Assembly (NCBI RefSeq): GCF_009914755.1
Contig: NC_060931.1
Length of the DNA stretch: 64,000 nucleotides
Strand: one strand, 5' to 3'
From: the human T2T-CHM13v2.0 reference genome, Homo sapiens
The notes beneath the pieces were generated by a model that worked only from the letters and a program-made list of their open reading frames with translations, was not told the DNA's origin and did not search any database. The translations under genes and the position numbers were made by a program. The first letter of the stretch is position 1. Each line of letters begins with the position of its first letter. Shown piece by piece: positions 1 through 14,628 of this stretch.

Positions 1-649
1 GTATACATGGTGTGTGGAAGGGGTGTGTGTTTGTATATAAAATATGTGTGCATATAATTGGTGAGACACCTCTGCCAAAATAGGCCATGCTGTAAAATAC
101 TCAGAAAAGTTTCACCTGCCTCATGGGGCATTCAGGATTAGGGAAGCTGATACAAACACAAAAGAGAGCCTAGGCACTAAGTTAGAGAGACCAAGAGAGC
201 TGACTAATTTAAAATATCCATATATACAATTAAGTTTTAAAAGCAGGTACTAGAACAACATGTATGATCCCATTTAAATAGAACTGCAATAGAATAGTAT
301 GTGGACCAAGGATAGGATATTAACAGAGGTCATCTCTGGATAATGAGGTTTTCTTTCCTGAGTGCCTAAAATGAATATGGATCGTTTTTATAGGCAAATA
401 AAATTAATAATGCTATCTTCATTTTGTTAAAAAATGAATTAAGTAATTAGGAAAATTAAGACAGCCTCCAGCCCCCAAGGACCACCTACTGCTCTGGCAG
501 CCTAAAAGTTTGCCTGGTTTGTTTGAAAGAGAGAACTAATACCCAGAAGGCTACAGGAAGGCCCAGATAGAGAGGAAGAATGCAGGCCACACAGAAATGG
601 CTAGTTATTATTAACACATAATAGCAAGAACATTCAGCAAATACTCAAC

Positions 650-1160
650 AACTGATTCTCCACAGCATAGCCAGAGTGTGTGTTTATAAACAGAAATCTG
701 ATCTTGTCCCCTCTCCCTAAAATGACCAAACTGCCTTCCACTGCTCTTGGAGAAAAAAACCAAAATCCTCCAGTGGGCCTGTAAGACCTCATATAATCAC
801 CTCTCCAGCCTCTTCTTAATGCTCTCACAGCCCTCAATAGCCCATCTCCTCCCTCCAGCCACAGGGCCTCTGCACAGGCTGCCTGATCCACCTGGAGGCT
901 CTCCCATCGCCTCCCCAACACCCTTCACCAGGGAAGCCCATCCCAATCCCCAGACAAATTAGATACCCCTGCTGGGCATGACCACAGCACCCTGGCCTTG
1001 CCATCAGAGGACTAAGCACAGTTATACCAATGTCTGTGGGCCCCACTAGGCTGTCATCACCATGTCATCAGGGCTGGCTTGTTTGCTCACATAGTATTCC
1101 TAGTGCCTAACACAATCGCTGCCATAAAGAATGCACTCCATAAAGACAGGCTAAGTGAGT
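650..1160 (+). mobile_element. L2 3' fragment
   Basis: CTCCACAGCA.AGCCAGAGTG...AAATCTGATC and CCTAGTGCCTAACACA motifs. Confidence 0.6.
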
Positions 1161-1448
1161 GGTTACGACCCATGCGCAGGCAGGGCACTGCAAAGTACGG
1201 GTCCAGAGAAAAGCAAAGGCCAGGTCATGGAAGGCCCATGGGTCCTACCTGGGAATGTGGGCTTGATCCTGCATGCAATGGGAATCTCCCTCCTGGGTTT
1301 TAAATGGAAGGGCAGCAGGATCAAAAAGCCTACAGACTTTAAATACTAATTAGATGACGTGAGGGTAGGAATCTGCACAGGAAAAGGAATCTACAATGGT
1401 TCCCAGGTTTCTAGTTCAGATGCCCAAGCTTTCAAAAATGTAGAAACT

Positions 1449-1701
<253 letters not shown>

Positions 1702-2613
1702 CTAGATTGGAGTCATGGTTCTGAAACGAGTCACTCCGACTTCTTGGAGTAGCAGTTTCTCCACCTGTAAAATGGAGCTGCTCATAGATCTTTTTCAGGG
1801 GAATTGGTAGCATCAAATGAGCTGATGTTTGGGAAAGTGCTTTACCAATAGTAAAGCCTCTCATTATCATCAGCAACATGGGGGCAATAGTTTGCATAAT
1901 TACCCCAAAAAATAGCCTCCTTGAAATAGTCACTAAGACCAGGCTTACAGTCTTACACAACTGGACTAAATTCTGCACCTTTTAAACACTTTTCACTGTC
2001 TTAAACGGTTGGCCTCATGAATGACCCAGATGAGAAAGAAAGAAAATGCATCCTGTTGGAAAACTGGGTTTCTGTGGGGCCCAGCAGATGGTTGGGATCT
2101 AGTCTGGCTCAAGTGCTGCTGGTTCCCTCTTTAAGAGATGACTGATTCCTCTCCAATATTAACTGACTCGATACAATTTGAAAAGCTAAAGTAGTTTCCA
2201 ACTGTTTAAGGTGAGTCACTAGATACAGTGGACCTTTCTGAGAAACTGTAAACTAATTACTTTAAAAAAGAATTCCATTCACTTTCCCACTCACTGCTTA
2301 AATCCTATGGCGTTAATGTGTGTTCCCTGGGCCCAAAGTCAGAGAAAAACAATGCCAGCTTTCTCTTGGGGCCTCTCAGAGAGATGAAACTTCCAAAGGG
2401 CTGGAGGGTTCCCCTATTTGTGATGACTAGGCAAACATCTAAGCCAGCAGAAATACCTTCAGGTTTGGCATGAACTAGGAAGAAGAAAAGGGAAGGGGAA
2501 GGAGTCAGTATTTTTCAATATTTTTATAAGCACCTGCAATTGTCATTACTGGGCTAGAACTTTACATATGTCACATCATATGTAGATATTATTATTCCTA
2601 CTTTACAAAATTA

Positions 2614-2958
<345 letters not shown>

Positions 2959-4554
2959 AGTGGTCAGCTATTTCATAAATGGTGAACATAACAACTTATC
3001 AATTCACATTTTGTTTTGTCCAAAGATAAAGAAGGAATATTCTCTCCACCATATACACTACAAAAATTTTATTGAGATAATCTCTAAAAGCCAATATTTC
3101 TGAGAAATGAAATATGTAATTCAGCAGTTCCAACACAGCAAAACCAAAAAAAAAATTAAGCCAGGAAAGAGCCCTGTAGTTGAACTGCAATGAAACTCTT
3201 ACTTATTACTTTGACCTTGAGCAAGTCACTTCTCCATCTGTCTAATTTCAGCTTGTGAATGCTGAATTAGACTATCTATAATGCTGGTGGTTACTAGTCC
3301 ATGCAAGTCCAGAAGGGGTTTCTTCTCCTTTTCTCCTCCCCAAGCCCGTGGAATCGCACCTGAGCCACTCTATGAAGTTACCACAAAGAGAAGCAGCACA
3401 GCCATTTGGGGAAGCAGAGAGAAAGTCAGCAAATCAATTCCTGCAATGTGGTTTCTTCTCAAACTCTGGCAGCAGTACCTGTGACCTAATACTCCAGGGC
3501 AGAGTCTTGGGTGCTTTGGACCCTTGTCCAGAAGACACTGCCTTCCACCAAGTGAAAATCAACTTCTAGCAACTCTGCCTCCAAGCCTGCCCAGGGTCCC
3601 CTGGGGAAGGCCTGGTTCTCAGGCCAAGGTCCCAACACACTCCAGTGCCTGTCTGCCAGCAGCACAGGAAGTGCCAACCAGCTCTCCCCAAAGCAGCTGG
3701 CACCAATTACCCCAACCCAGCTGGAAGCACCCGGCTTGGCTGAGACAGGCACTCCAGATCCCTGGCCTGGTCAGAAATCCTACCCTAAAACAAAGACAGA
3801 CTTGCAGCCGTGCCAGAATGCTACATAAGTGGCTGGTGGAGGGTTGGCAGAGGCAGCCAGGGGCAGGCGGGTGAGCACAGTCCAGGGAAGCAGCTGTGGG
3901 TCTGGAAGTCTTGCCCACACCCTGATTTCAGAATCCCTCCATCATCACAACCAACAGCTACCAATTAACAGGCACCTAGAGCACACTGGGTTCTTACATT
4001 CCTCAACCTCTTGAACCCTCCCAACAACGCAACAAAGAAGGAATCGCTATCCCCATTTACTAATGAGGGCCTCAGGGGTCACAGAGGTGAATGATCATTC
4101 CCCCAGCCACAGAGATAGGAAGTGCCAGAACTGGGTCTAGAGCCCAGGTCTTCTGTATCACTTGCCTTTCCACCTGGCATCCTGGCCTAGGAGAGCTAAC
4201 ATTCTAACAAGGGCCTGGCAGCTAGGGACTCGCTTTGCAAAACCATCACAAGTGACACAGTAAATCCTGAAAGATGTTAACCTGCTGAGGAAATGGGAAC
4301 ACATGGATCCATGAAGAACAACCATAAAGTATCAAGAGATCATTACCCAAAGACACAAAAGTGAAGCACATGAAAAATGCCAATTTTGAACAACAGAAAG
4401 CAGAAGACAAAGTCATCCTTACAGTTTTTCAAACAACAGTATATATGGTGATTTGATCAAGCAGGACTCAGAGTTGGTTATTATTATTTTCAAGTTAATA
4501 ATATTATGAAAATATCTTATAATGGATATAAACTATAAATATATAATAATAAAA

Positions 4555-4790
4555 ACATTTACGTAGAACTTACTTTGTACCAGGTGCTATTCTGAGTGCT
4601 TGATGTGTATTAACTCCTCTAACACCCTAGGAGGTAGGTAATATAATTGTCTACATTTAACAGATGAGCACATTGAAATACAGAAAAGTTAAGTAACTTG
4701 TCCAAAATTACATAGCTAATAAACTGTGAAGCCAAAATTCAACCAAGGCAGTCAAACTCCAGAATCCAACTCTTAACCTCTGCACAGACT
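4555..4790 (-). mobile_element. MIR
   Basis: ACAGATGAG...GTTAAGTAACTTGTCCAA core. Confidence 0.7.
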
Positions 4791-5639
4791 GTCTCTCAAA
4801 TCCAACAAGCATTTATCAAGCAGGATCCAGGTTAGATGCTTCTGTATCTATTATTAATTTGTTATTCATTCTTACATTTATTCTTTCTAACAAATCTAGC
4901 AGCATGAATTGAAGCCAAAAAGGTTTCATATCACATCAGAATGGAGCTAGCCCTGCAGGCACTCAGAAACACTTGGAAATCTCCAGCTAGTCCCCATTTC
5001 CCACTGGAATCTGATAGTTAGCATATAGGTGAAATAGCTGGAATGCCCAAGCAGCTACACATGGACTTGCCTTTGGTCCTTTCTTGAGTTTAGCTCAGTG
5101 GTTATTAAACGTCACTATAAGTAAGAAAACTGTACAATGCTGTATACACAAAGCCTAGTATGCTTACTTCATGAATAATTTCACCTCTGAGTTCTTAACT
5201 AGTCCTGCACGCAGTTTGCCTCCTCTTTGGTCTGAACTCTACAAAGCATCCATCACAAATCCCCAGTGTACCTCACTTAGCCATTCCCCAGCATCTCACC
5301 TACTCTGAGAAGGCCAGGGTCAAGACTTGAAGCTCACCTCTTCCGGGAGGGGCAGGAATCGCAGAGATTTCCTTACTTAACCAGTTTGTTTACAGATGGA
5401 GAAATTGTGGCCCAGGTTAAGTGACTTACCCGGGATCAAAGAGCAAGTTAGTAAGGTGCTAACCCCATCTCTGAGTCCAGTATGTGTTTTCTAATAGTCT
5501 GTGCTTTTCTCCTCTGTGGTTCCCCCGCCCTTCTACAATGTCTACTTCAGTGTTATGTTCAGCAAATATTTATTAACCTACCAATAATAATAGTTCACAA
5601 TTTTGAATGTCTTGACTGTGCCAGGCCCTGTGCTAGAAG

Positions 5640-6035
5640 CTACAGTTTCATTATGACTTTCATGGGCCCTAGAAACTTTTGCTTTTGTGGTTCCCTTCCT
5701 CCATAAAAAAATAATTTTTAAAAATTTAAAATATATTTTAGGACTACATTGAAATGAAGAATATAATAATGTTAAGTTTTCTTAACTTTTTTATTATTTG
5801 TTGAGGTAAGAACACTTAACATGAGATCTACCCTCTAAGCAAATTTTTAGGTGTACGACATTGTACTGCAGATCTTTAGAGCTTGACTAAAACTCTATGA
5901 AGTAAAATATTTTATTCAATCTAAAAGTTTATTTTTTCTTTCAATTATAAAAGAAATTAAAATATTTTCAGAATCCTAAAAATATTGCAGTCTGATCACT
6001 ATGCTTACTGTACCCAGTGGATAAATCAGCCCTAG
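5640..6035. mobile_element. MER96B-like hAT element with a nested short L1MA 3' fragment (~5790-5890, -)
   Basis: GGGCCCTAG..ACTTTTGC ... GGATAAATCAGCCCT termini; AACACTTAACATGAGATCTACCCTCT L1MA motif. Confidence 0.5.
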
Positions 6036-8999
6036 TAAGTGTTCTAGTTGCACTATCCCATTTGATCTGCTACTCTAGCATGGTAGACACTATTTATTAT
6101 GTCCATTTTACAGCTTAGGAGTCTTAACATTAGCCATGAAATGCCACCTCTCTAAGATCACAGCAAAAGGAAGATGGGGTTCTAGATTTGAACCACAAGT
6201 GTCTGACTCCAGAGACTGTTATATTCTGGACTCTACTCAGTGCAATTTACCCATCCTGGTCCCCTCCTCCTGCTGTGTTCCAAGCCAATCCCGAAGCCCA
6301 GCTCAGGACCGTCATTCCTTCATTACTATTCTCTCCACCACTCCCAACTTCCCCATGGCCCCAGGTGGACCCTGTCCAGGTCTGTGGAGGCTGAGTGGAC
6401 ACGCCAGGCACACTGTGTGGCTCCGGAAAGTGCATCAGCCTATAGGAGGGCAGCAGTGTGCCCAGTACCCACTTGACTCTTACTCTCATCTGGTGTCAGG
6501 GGCCAGCACAGTTGTACAGGGCATCCTGGCTGCCCACCCACAGAGTGCAGCCACAAACCCTGGGGATCACACCACTGATGCTCACCCACTCCCAGCCAGC
6601 ACCAGCTCTACTCACAGTATGATTTCAGGCAAAGGGAAGGGACATTGAACAGACACCCACAGGGTGACAGCCAGGCACTGTGCATGGCCCTTCATTCCCC
6701 TGGCCATGTTCACCCACAAGGAAGGTGTTACCACCTCCATTTATTCAGAGAAGAAAATTGAGGCTGAGGGAAGCTAAATGGCTCACCTAATGGGCATGAT
6801 AAATCTGCGTGTGACTCCAAAGCCCAGGGTTTCCCACAGCAAATACAACCTCTCAGCTGGCCCCCTAAAAGCGGGCACTCTAATTGTTTGCTGACAATGG
6901 CAACTCCATTGTGAGAGCTCCTCAGGCAAAAGACAGGGCTGCTCTCGGTCGAAGTGCAAATGCTGTGAAGTGGCATACACCGGTTTTAACCAGCATTAAC
7001 TTTCCCTAATAACAGCATTTGGAGGGCATTTTAGAGTTAACAGCGCAGTTGTTTCATGCATACCTTCACTCGATCCTCACCATACTGCCATAACCTAAGG
7101 ATCTTACTCCCCATTTTACATGTGAGGAAACAGAGGCTCAGAGATAATGTGATTTGCCCATGGTGCAGAATGGAAGAGGATGAACAGCAGAGCAGAGACT
7201 GCAAGCCTCCGTTTGCAGACTCCTCTTCCCACACCCTGCCGCACCTGACTGACTCTGAGATACGACTGAGGGAGAGAAGTAGGTCCATGAGCACTGGGAG
7301 GAGGCCATAGAATATTTTACCTGGAATCCTTACTGGGTTCTTTGCTCCCTGCCATCACTCCCAACCAGGTGTAAAAGCTCCAAAGTTCTTGTTTCCACCC
7401 AGACTGCCTGCTTGTCTAAGCAGGCAGATGGAAGGCAGACAAAACACTCAGCTGAGAGAGCACAGAGACCAGTCTGGGCTCAGAAAGTCGTCAACCATAT
7501 GCCCCAGGGGAGGCCGGGGGCCTCTCTGCCAGGGCTGGAGAGTGGGCCACACCCCCAGTGTATGCAGCCAATTCAATCAGACCTCAGCCACCCACCGAGC
7601 CCTGCCTGCCCAGATCCCCTCTGAGAGGAGCATCCAGGAGCAAACCTCCTCCCTTCAGCTTAGCCTCCGTCCCCTGCTGTCCAAGGGTAGGTCAGGGAAC
7701 CCCCACTCCCAGCCCCTCAAGCCTCCGATTGCTGTCTAGGGGCTTCTTGTTTTTCCTCCTCTGGTACAACCCAAGGAGGGAAACACAAGGCAGAAAAGCC
7801 AGTGGCTGTTGCTACAGGAAACACATCTCTGTTAGCAACACCTCTTCAGTACAGGCCTAGAATTTTCCACAACACCAATAGGTTCATTTTTGAAGGAAGC
7901 AGCTTCTTTGACATTCACTCCGCTAACTTCACATCCCTCTGAGTCTCTGGTTTCACCCACCTCCTTCTGACACCATGCAGGTCATCACTGAGGGCAGGAG
8001 GGAAATGATGGGCCCTCCCTCAGCCCCATTTTCTCATCTGTAAAATGAACAGGGAGGAGCATCAAAAGAGATCAAGTGGGGCCCACTCAGGTGATTTAAA
8101 AGAAAAAATGTGCTTTTGTTTTTGGCAGACATACATCACTTTGAGGGGGAGGTGTTTGTTTGTATTTCAGGCAGCCTTCTGGAGAGAGCAAGAATCTGTG
8201 AATGACTTAATACAAACCCAAATAGACATCCAAACTCCAGAAGGAAAGTTCTTCTGAAATACAAGGTACTGCACCTACGCATCCCAATCATTCACTTCAT
8301 ATGCAAATGCTCCTTCACAAGTACTACCTCACCAGAGTCAATTTACACTTGCACTTCCACATATGGCCTTCAATTATGTCATCAGGATAATTACTTGCCG
8401 CAATCATAATAAGTTCAATGGTTTCCCAGGGATGGAACTCTCAAAGCATCAAGGCGCTTTCAAAGTCAGCACTTCTGAATGTGACATGTGTTCAATCTTA
8501 GTCTTGTTTCCAAGACCTTTTGACCACATACCCATTTCATGACCTGAGAAAATTACATAAAGAGGATGCAAAATAATTTGCCCTGGGACAGGGAAGCATG
8601 GGACTGAGGGAGCCCAGTGAGGCAGATTAACTAACCTTGTTTCTTCTACCTGATCTTCCTCCAGGGAGCAGCAACCCCACCCTGTCCCACATGCAGCAAT
8701 GGTCTCATCTCTTTCTGGTTTTGCTCCAGCCTTGGCTGGTTAAGCAGAGTTAACAAACTCCCAGATCTCTCTGCTGCAGAATGATGGGCTAGTACCGAGG
8801 CTCCAGCAGAAGTAAAGTCCACTGTGGGAGGCAGCATGATGTGTGGGACAAACCCGGGCTGACGGGTCAGGGCAGATGTGGTTTGAATCCAACTCTGCCA
8901 CCTAGCTGTGTGCCTTCTGGCAAATTATTTCCTCTGGAGTCTTGGGAGTTTCTTCTCCTAAAACAGGGGTCATAACAGCTACTTTTCAGAGCTGTCGAA

Positions 9000-9740
<741 letters not shown>

Positions 9741-10905
9741 CTAAAATTTCTTAAATGCCTCTCTAGCAACTTACTAATTTCTGCTTTTTAAAATGGTTAT
9801 GTATGAACATATCACATTGCCCCAAGAATACAAATTCCTTGAACACAGATTCTAAGTCTGATTTATCTTCATAAACTCCCCATGATATTAGCTTAGTGCC
9901 TTGAATAATTACAATTACCATTTATTGAATGTTTGCCGTGTGGCAGGCATTGTGCTAAATTGTATCTCTTAGTATAGTAAAATTGAATAAATGTGGAAAG
10001 GGGGAGGGAAAAAGAATAAGTAGAAAGAAGTGAATGAATAAATTCTCAGCAATCTGAAATAAGTTGGCAGCTATCTCACTTGGAAGCGACCAGCTCATTT
10101 TTAGAGTCTCTTCTGACCACCAGACCATACCAATCTGCTAGACCAACTCTTCTAACAGAAAGGGAAAATGTCAGGAAGAGGAGGACCACACTATGATCCT
10201 GGATTTTAGAAAGCCACACTTTGAAGGATAAGATCTCATAAGGACAACCTGGTATAACTTTTGAGAATTTTCTTACCAGAGTCAAGAAAACCAATTTAAC
10301 ATGACAATGATCTATTAATGAAATACTTTTGACTTTGGCAACCTTTAATTCTTTTCTGCAAGCACTCCCTTAGCACCCACCAACACCATTTGACAGGGAA
10401 AGATACATAAGCAGTCTCATCCTTAAGGAATTTTTAATACAATGAGGACTACCAACAGGTGCCTAAATAACTGATTCAAGGCAGGGTGTGAGCTCCAACG
10501 GAGAACTCAGGGACTGGAGGGATTGCCAAGGGAGAAATTCTTTCTGATGGGGATGGAGAGTGGAAGACGTGGAAAGTGAAAGCTGGGATCTAAAGCATAG
10601 ACAAGATTTCTCAATGCTGTGTTGAGGGAATGGCTTTCCTGCCTGCAGGAACAGCCTAGGCAAAGGCTCAGATGGGTAGGATTTGGTACGTTTGGAGAAG
10701 GGCAAGCGTTCAGTCCATGCCCCAGAAACCTTGGGCTACTTTATTGAGAACAAAAGAGGCCCTGAGATGAGCTCCTTTTCTTGGTCTCTTCTTGGCCCTA
10801 GTACTTTCCTGATACACATCCAAGCAGACACAGCCCACAAAAAGCAAAATAATCTACCCCCTCATTTTCAAAATCTTTGGGGTTCAGTTCAGATTAAGAC
10901 CACAG

Positions 10906-10939
10906 TACTTTTGGAAGTACTTGAGTACTTCCAAAAGTA
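10906..10939. repeat. Perfect 16-bp inverted repeat with 2-nt spacer
   Basis: TACTTTTGGAAGTACT-TG-AGTACTTCCAAAAGTA. Confidence 0.97.
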
Positions 10940-11481
10940 GGAATCAGAGTGGCTCCTGCCTCTATCCTGCTGTTCTCCAAAGGCTGACGTCCCAAAAAGC
11001 AGGCCTCCAGGGCTCCACCTGAGACTTGGGTTCTACTCACCTCCAAGGAAGATGTGGAGGCAATCCCTCACAAGTAGTTTCAAAACAGTCACAGCATGGG
11101 GCGGAAGGTAGAAGTATCAAGCACCCACCTCTTCAAATGCTAGGCCTCCAGAGGGTCAACCCTGTGGTCCTGCTGCTCCCTGAAGGTCCCCAAAACCCCC
11201 TCTGGTCCCCCTCTTGGTGAAGGGTTTTGGGGGAAAGAAAACAGGAGCCACTGGGAGTCCCAAGGGCAGGAGAGGGAAACACCACCTGCAGCTCAGAGAC
11301 ACCACAGCTTTTTCTCAAATACTTTGGGTAGCATGACATATGATCCCCCCTCCCTGCGGCCTCTCTCTCAGACTGAATTGGCCTCTTTTTCTGCTTTATT
11401 TTTCTGAATCTCTCTGTTCTCTTCTCTCTCTTCATGTGTCCCTTTTCCTTTGTTTCAACTTTTATAGAAACTATTGTTCAA

Positions 11482-11483
<2 letters not shown>

Positions 11484-11561
<78 letters not shown>

Positions 11562-11567
11562 CTCTCT
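11484..11567. repeat. (TC)n microsatellite, 37 perfect units plus a short imperfect extension
   Basis: Read directly; embedded in a pyrimidine-rich tract at ~11360-11850. Confidence 0.98.
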
Positions 11568-12141
11568 GAATTCCCCGGTCTCTGTCTCTCTCAGCCTCTC
11601 CTCTCTTGTTTCAGTCACTGTCTCCACGTCTTTGTCACTCTATTAGTCTGTCTTGACGTCCGCCTCTATCTCTGGGGCCTAGGTGTTTCTATCAGTGTCC
11701 CCGTGTCTGGATGTTCCTGCCGCTCTGTCTGTGTGTCTCTATCATGTCCACATCTTCCTGTCGCTTTCTGTCTCCCTCTCTCGGCACTATCTTCATCTCT
11801 CCATCGCAGCGTCTCCAGCCCTATTTCCACCCCTCCTTTCCCCCGGCCTGCCTTATTAAAATCGCAGCCAGGAAACCGAGCAGTTCGGGGAGGTGTGATG
11901 CTGAAAACCAGCTTCCGCGCGACGCCGGGTCGGAGCCCGCGAGGGGTGCCGGGGGGGACAGCCCAGGGTGCGGCTTCTGTCCCGACCCAGTCGCCGCTCC
12001 CGGGGGCTCCCGCCCGGAGAGCACCCTCCGGCCCCAGCCCGACCCCTGAGCTCCCCCTGCCCGCTTAGAAAGGAACTCTGACCGCCACCGGAGAGGGCGT
12101 TTGCCCGAGCCAGGAGTCCGAGAGGGGTGGAAAGTTCTCAC

Positions 12142-12226
12142 CTATGGTGAAGCTGTAGCCATCGATGCTGAAAGTGGCGCTCCGGCATTTTTTGAAGCCC
12201 TCCTTCCTGTTGCCGGCGTCCGTCAT
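12142..12226 (-). CDS. PDE1C: First coding exon of calcium/calmodulin-dependent phosphodiesterase 1C (PDE1C2-type N-terminal isoform)
   Basis: ATG at 12226 in GCCATGA context. Translates MTDAGNRKEGFKKCRSATFSIDGYSFTI (28 codons + 1 nt), which I recognise as the PDE1C long-isoform N-terminus. It is followed directly by the canonical donor AG|GTGAGA (intron starts at 12141) and lies in a CpG island. No downstream exon is recognisable within the window. Confidence 0.93.
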
Positions 12227-12422
12227 GGCTCGGCCGGCCGGGCAGGGGCCTCGCAGCGAGACCAGCGGCGTCTGCGGTCCCCCCCACGGCGGAGTGAGCA
12301 GCCCGGGGCTCGGCGGCGAATCCTCCCCCGGCCGCGCCGCGCTGTCACTCTCAGCCCCGCCGCGCGCTGGCAGCTGAGCGCCTGGAGACAACAGCGGGGA
12401 CCCAATGTCAACAGCTAAAGCG

Positions 12423-12464
12423 CTAGGAGCTCGGGGGAGGCAGGAGCCGTCGCGACTGCCCCAT
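12423..12464 (-). other. Candidate uORF (MGQSRRLLPPPSS*)
   Basis: GAG-ATG-G (G at -3 and +4), 13 codons, TAG at 12425-12423, ending ~196 nt before the main ATG. Confidence 0.5.
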
Positions 12465-14296
12465 CTCCAAGCCGAGTTCCAGAGGCGGCGAGAGGAGTGT
12501 CAGGAAGGGAGGACGCGCGCCCGAGCGCGTGGACGGGGCTGACCGGTGGGCGCGGAGATCCCTGCCTGGCCACGCTACTCTCTGTCAGCCGCGGATCCCG
12601 CGCGCCACAGGAACGTCTGTTTTCCACTTCACCTTCTCCTTCCGTCTCTGGTGGCTGGGGGGATTTGGGGACCCAAGGGAATGGCTGAATTGGCGTCGTG
12701 CGTCTTCTAGATATGTTTTCTCTGGCAGACCGGGGAGCTTCCAGAAAGCACATCAACAGATGGAAAGGCAAACCCCTCAGCCATGAGATGTTGCCGAAGT
12801 TTACTCCAAACAAGGAAGTCGGGAAAATCGCCACGCCCACTTCCTTCTAGCCACTGCCCCCAGCACTGGCCTGGAGCCCCGATAGTGTTTCTTCTCCACT
12901 GTCCCTGCCAGGAAGGTAATTGTCAAAGTCACCGGAGGCTCTATGATGTGAAATGTACAATCGAATTAGAACTCGCCCCTCACCAACCATTCCAAATAGC
13001 TTGTCCTGTCCTTTCGAATTTGGGTTTGCCCAATGTGATAGACTCCTGGAATTTGCTGATGTGGAAGATATCTTACCAATCCCATAGCTGACGCTCTTAT
13101 TACAGGGGAGGAAACTGAGGCTGCATGGGGCTTGAGAAAAGTGCTACACAAGGAAGTGGCGGACTTTGGAGGCAGAAGTTTCACTTTATGACGATGCCAA
13201 GTTAGCCATTGGCCTTTGCAGTGCCTGAAATGACCGAGTTAGGCAAGGCTTACACTGGGAAAATTTTTCCCACCGATCAGCAAGCAATTATTGAGGATTT
13301 ACAGTTGCAGTGCTATCAGGGGCTGCAGATGCCCACGGGAAAAGAGACCAGAGCTGAGTCACACAGAAGAGTCCACGGTATAACAATGTGGAATGAGGGT
13401 TCTGTGCTCAAGCTATTGTGAGACTACAATTAATTTAGCCTCATTTTTGTGATGAAATTTGACACAATTAACGAACACTTGCCAATAATAAGAATCAACC
13501 AGGTATATTCTTAATTGATTCCAGTTCAGTTTAGAGGGTAATGGCTCCACATATCTTCAGAATCTAATGAAGATTAGAAACCTTGTCCCAAAAAAAACAC
13601 ACAGACACACATGTACAATATTCTACATACAACTTCAGGGGGCCCATTAAAACCCCCAAGCCTACTGGAACCCAGGTTAATGCATGTCCCAGGAATTTAA
13701 TCTTTTTCAATTCACCATGTAGTTTTAAAGAAATGGAATTGTGTCAGAGTGTATGTAGTTGACACTTCAGTTATAAATTCTCTCAGGAAAGACCTAGAAC
13801 CACATTCACATGGTCTGGTTAGGTTGGTAGCGAGATTAATTAATCACAAAGGCAACCAACAGTGTCATGAACCTCATGCCACATAGAATGGCATATTTCA
13901 GCATGCAGTCAGGGGTGTTTCAAAATCATCATGTAGTCCTTGAGACTGTAATACCCATGCCTGGAACCTGTTACAACATGGAGGCATGAAAATGGCTCTG
14001 CTCACAGATAGACCTGGGTCTGAAAGCTGGCTCCACCACTTACCAGCTACATGGCCTTGACCTCCCTGAGTCTTACTTTCCTCCTCTGACAATAAGGATT
14101 AAGTAGGAGTAAGTGCATAAAACCTAGGCACAGTGTATGCTTCCAGTTATTGCAATCACTAGCTGACTCCCAGATCTTACTATGTAGACTGCACGGAAAA
14201 TTCTTCTCTGTGACAAAAATAACGTATTTTAGTTATTGTTGCCACCATTAATTTTATAGGTGAAGAGAATTTTTATATGTAACATTTTATATATAA

Positions 14297-14628
<332 letters not shown>

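Larger units (their letters stand above)
11870..12720 (-). promoter_or_regulatory. PDE1C: CpG-island promoter / 5'UTR of PDE1C exon 1
   Basis: Very GC-rich, CpG-dense, non-repeat sequence surrounding the exon, with no obvious TATA box. The exact TSS cannot be determined from sequence. Confidence 0.85.

Noticed and set aside
6136-6648. 170-aa + strand ORF, and a - strand GTGAGT donor-like site near 6620
   Set aside because: The ORF starts in MIR-like sequence, has no recognisable domain, and I cannot support an exon.
11340-12068. 242-aa + strand ORF
   Set aside because: It reads through the (TC)n tract (poly-SL) and a GC-rich island; a low-complexity artefact antisense to PDE1C.
12065-12141. 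Continuation of the PDE1C ORF (GENFPPLS...) in the ORF track
   Set aside because: It lies beyond the GTGAG donor and is intronic.
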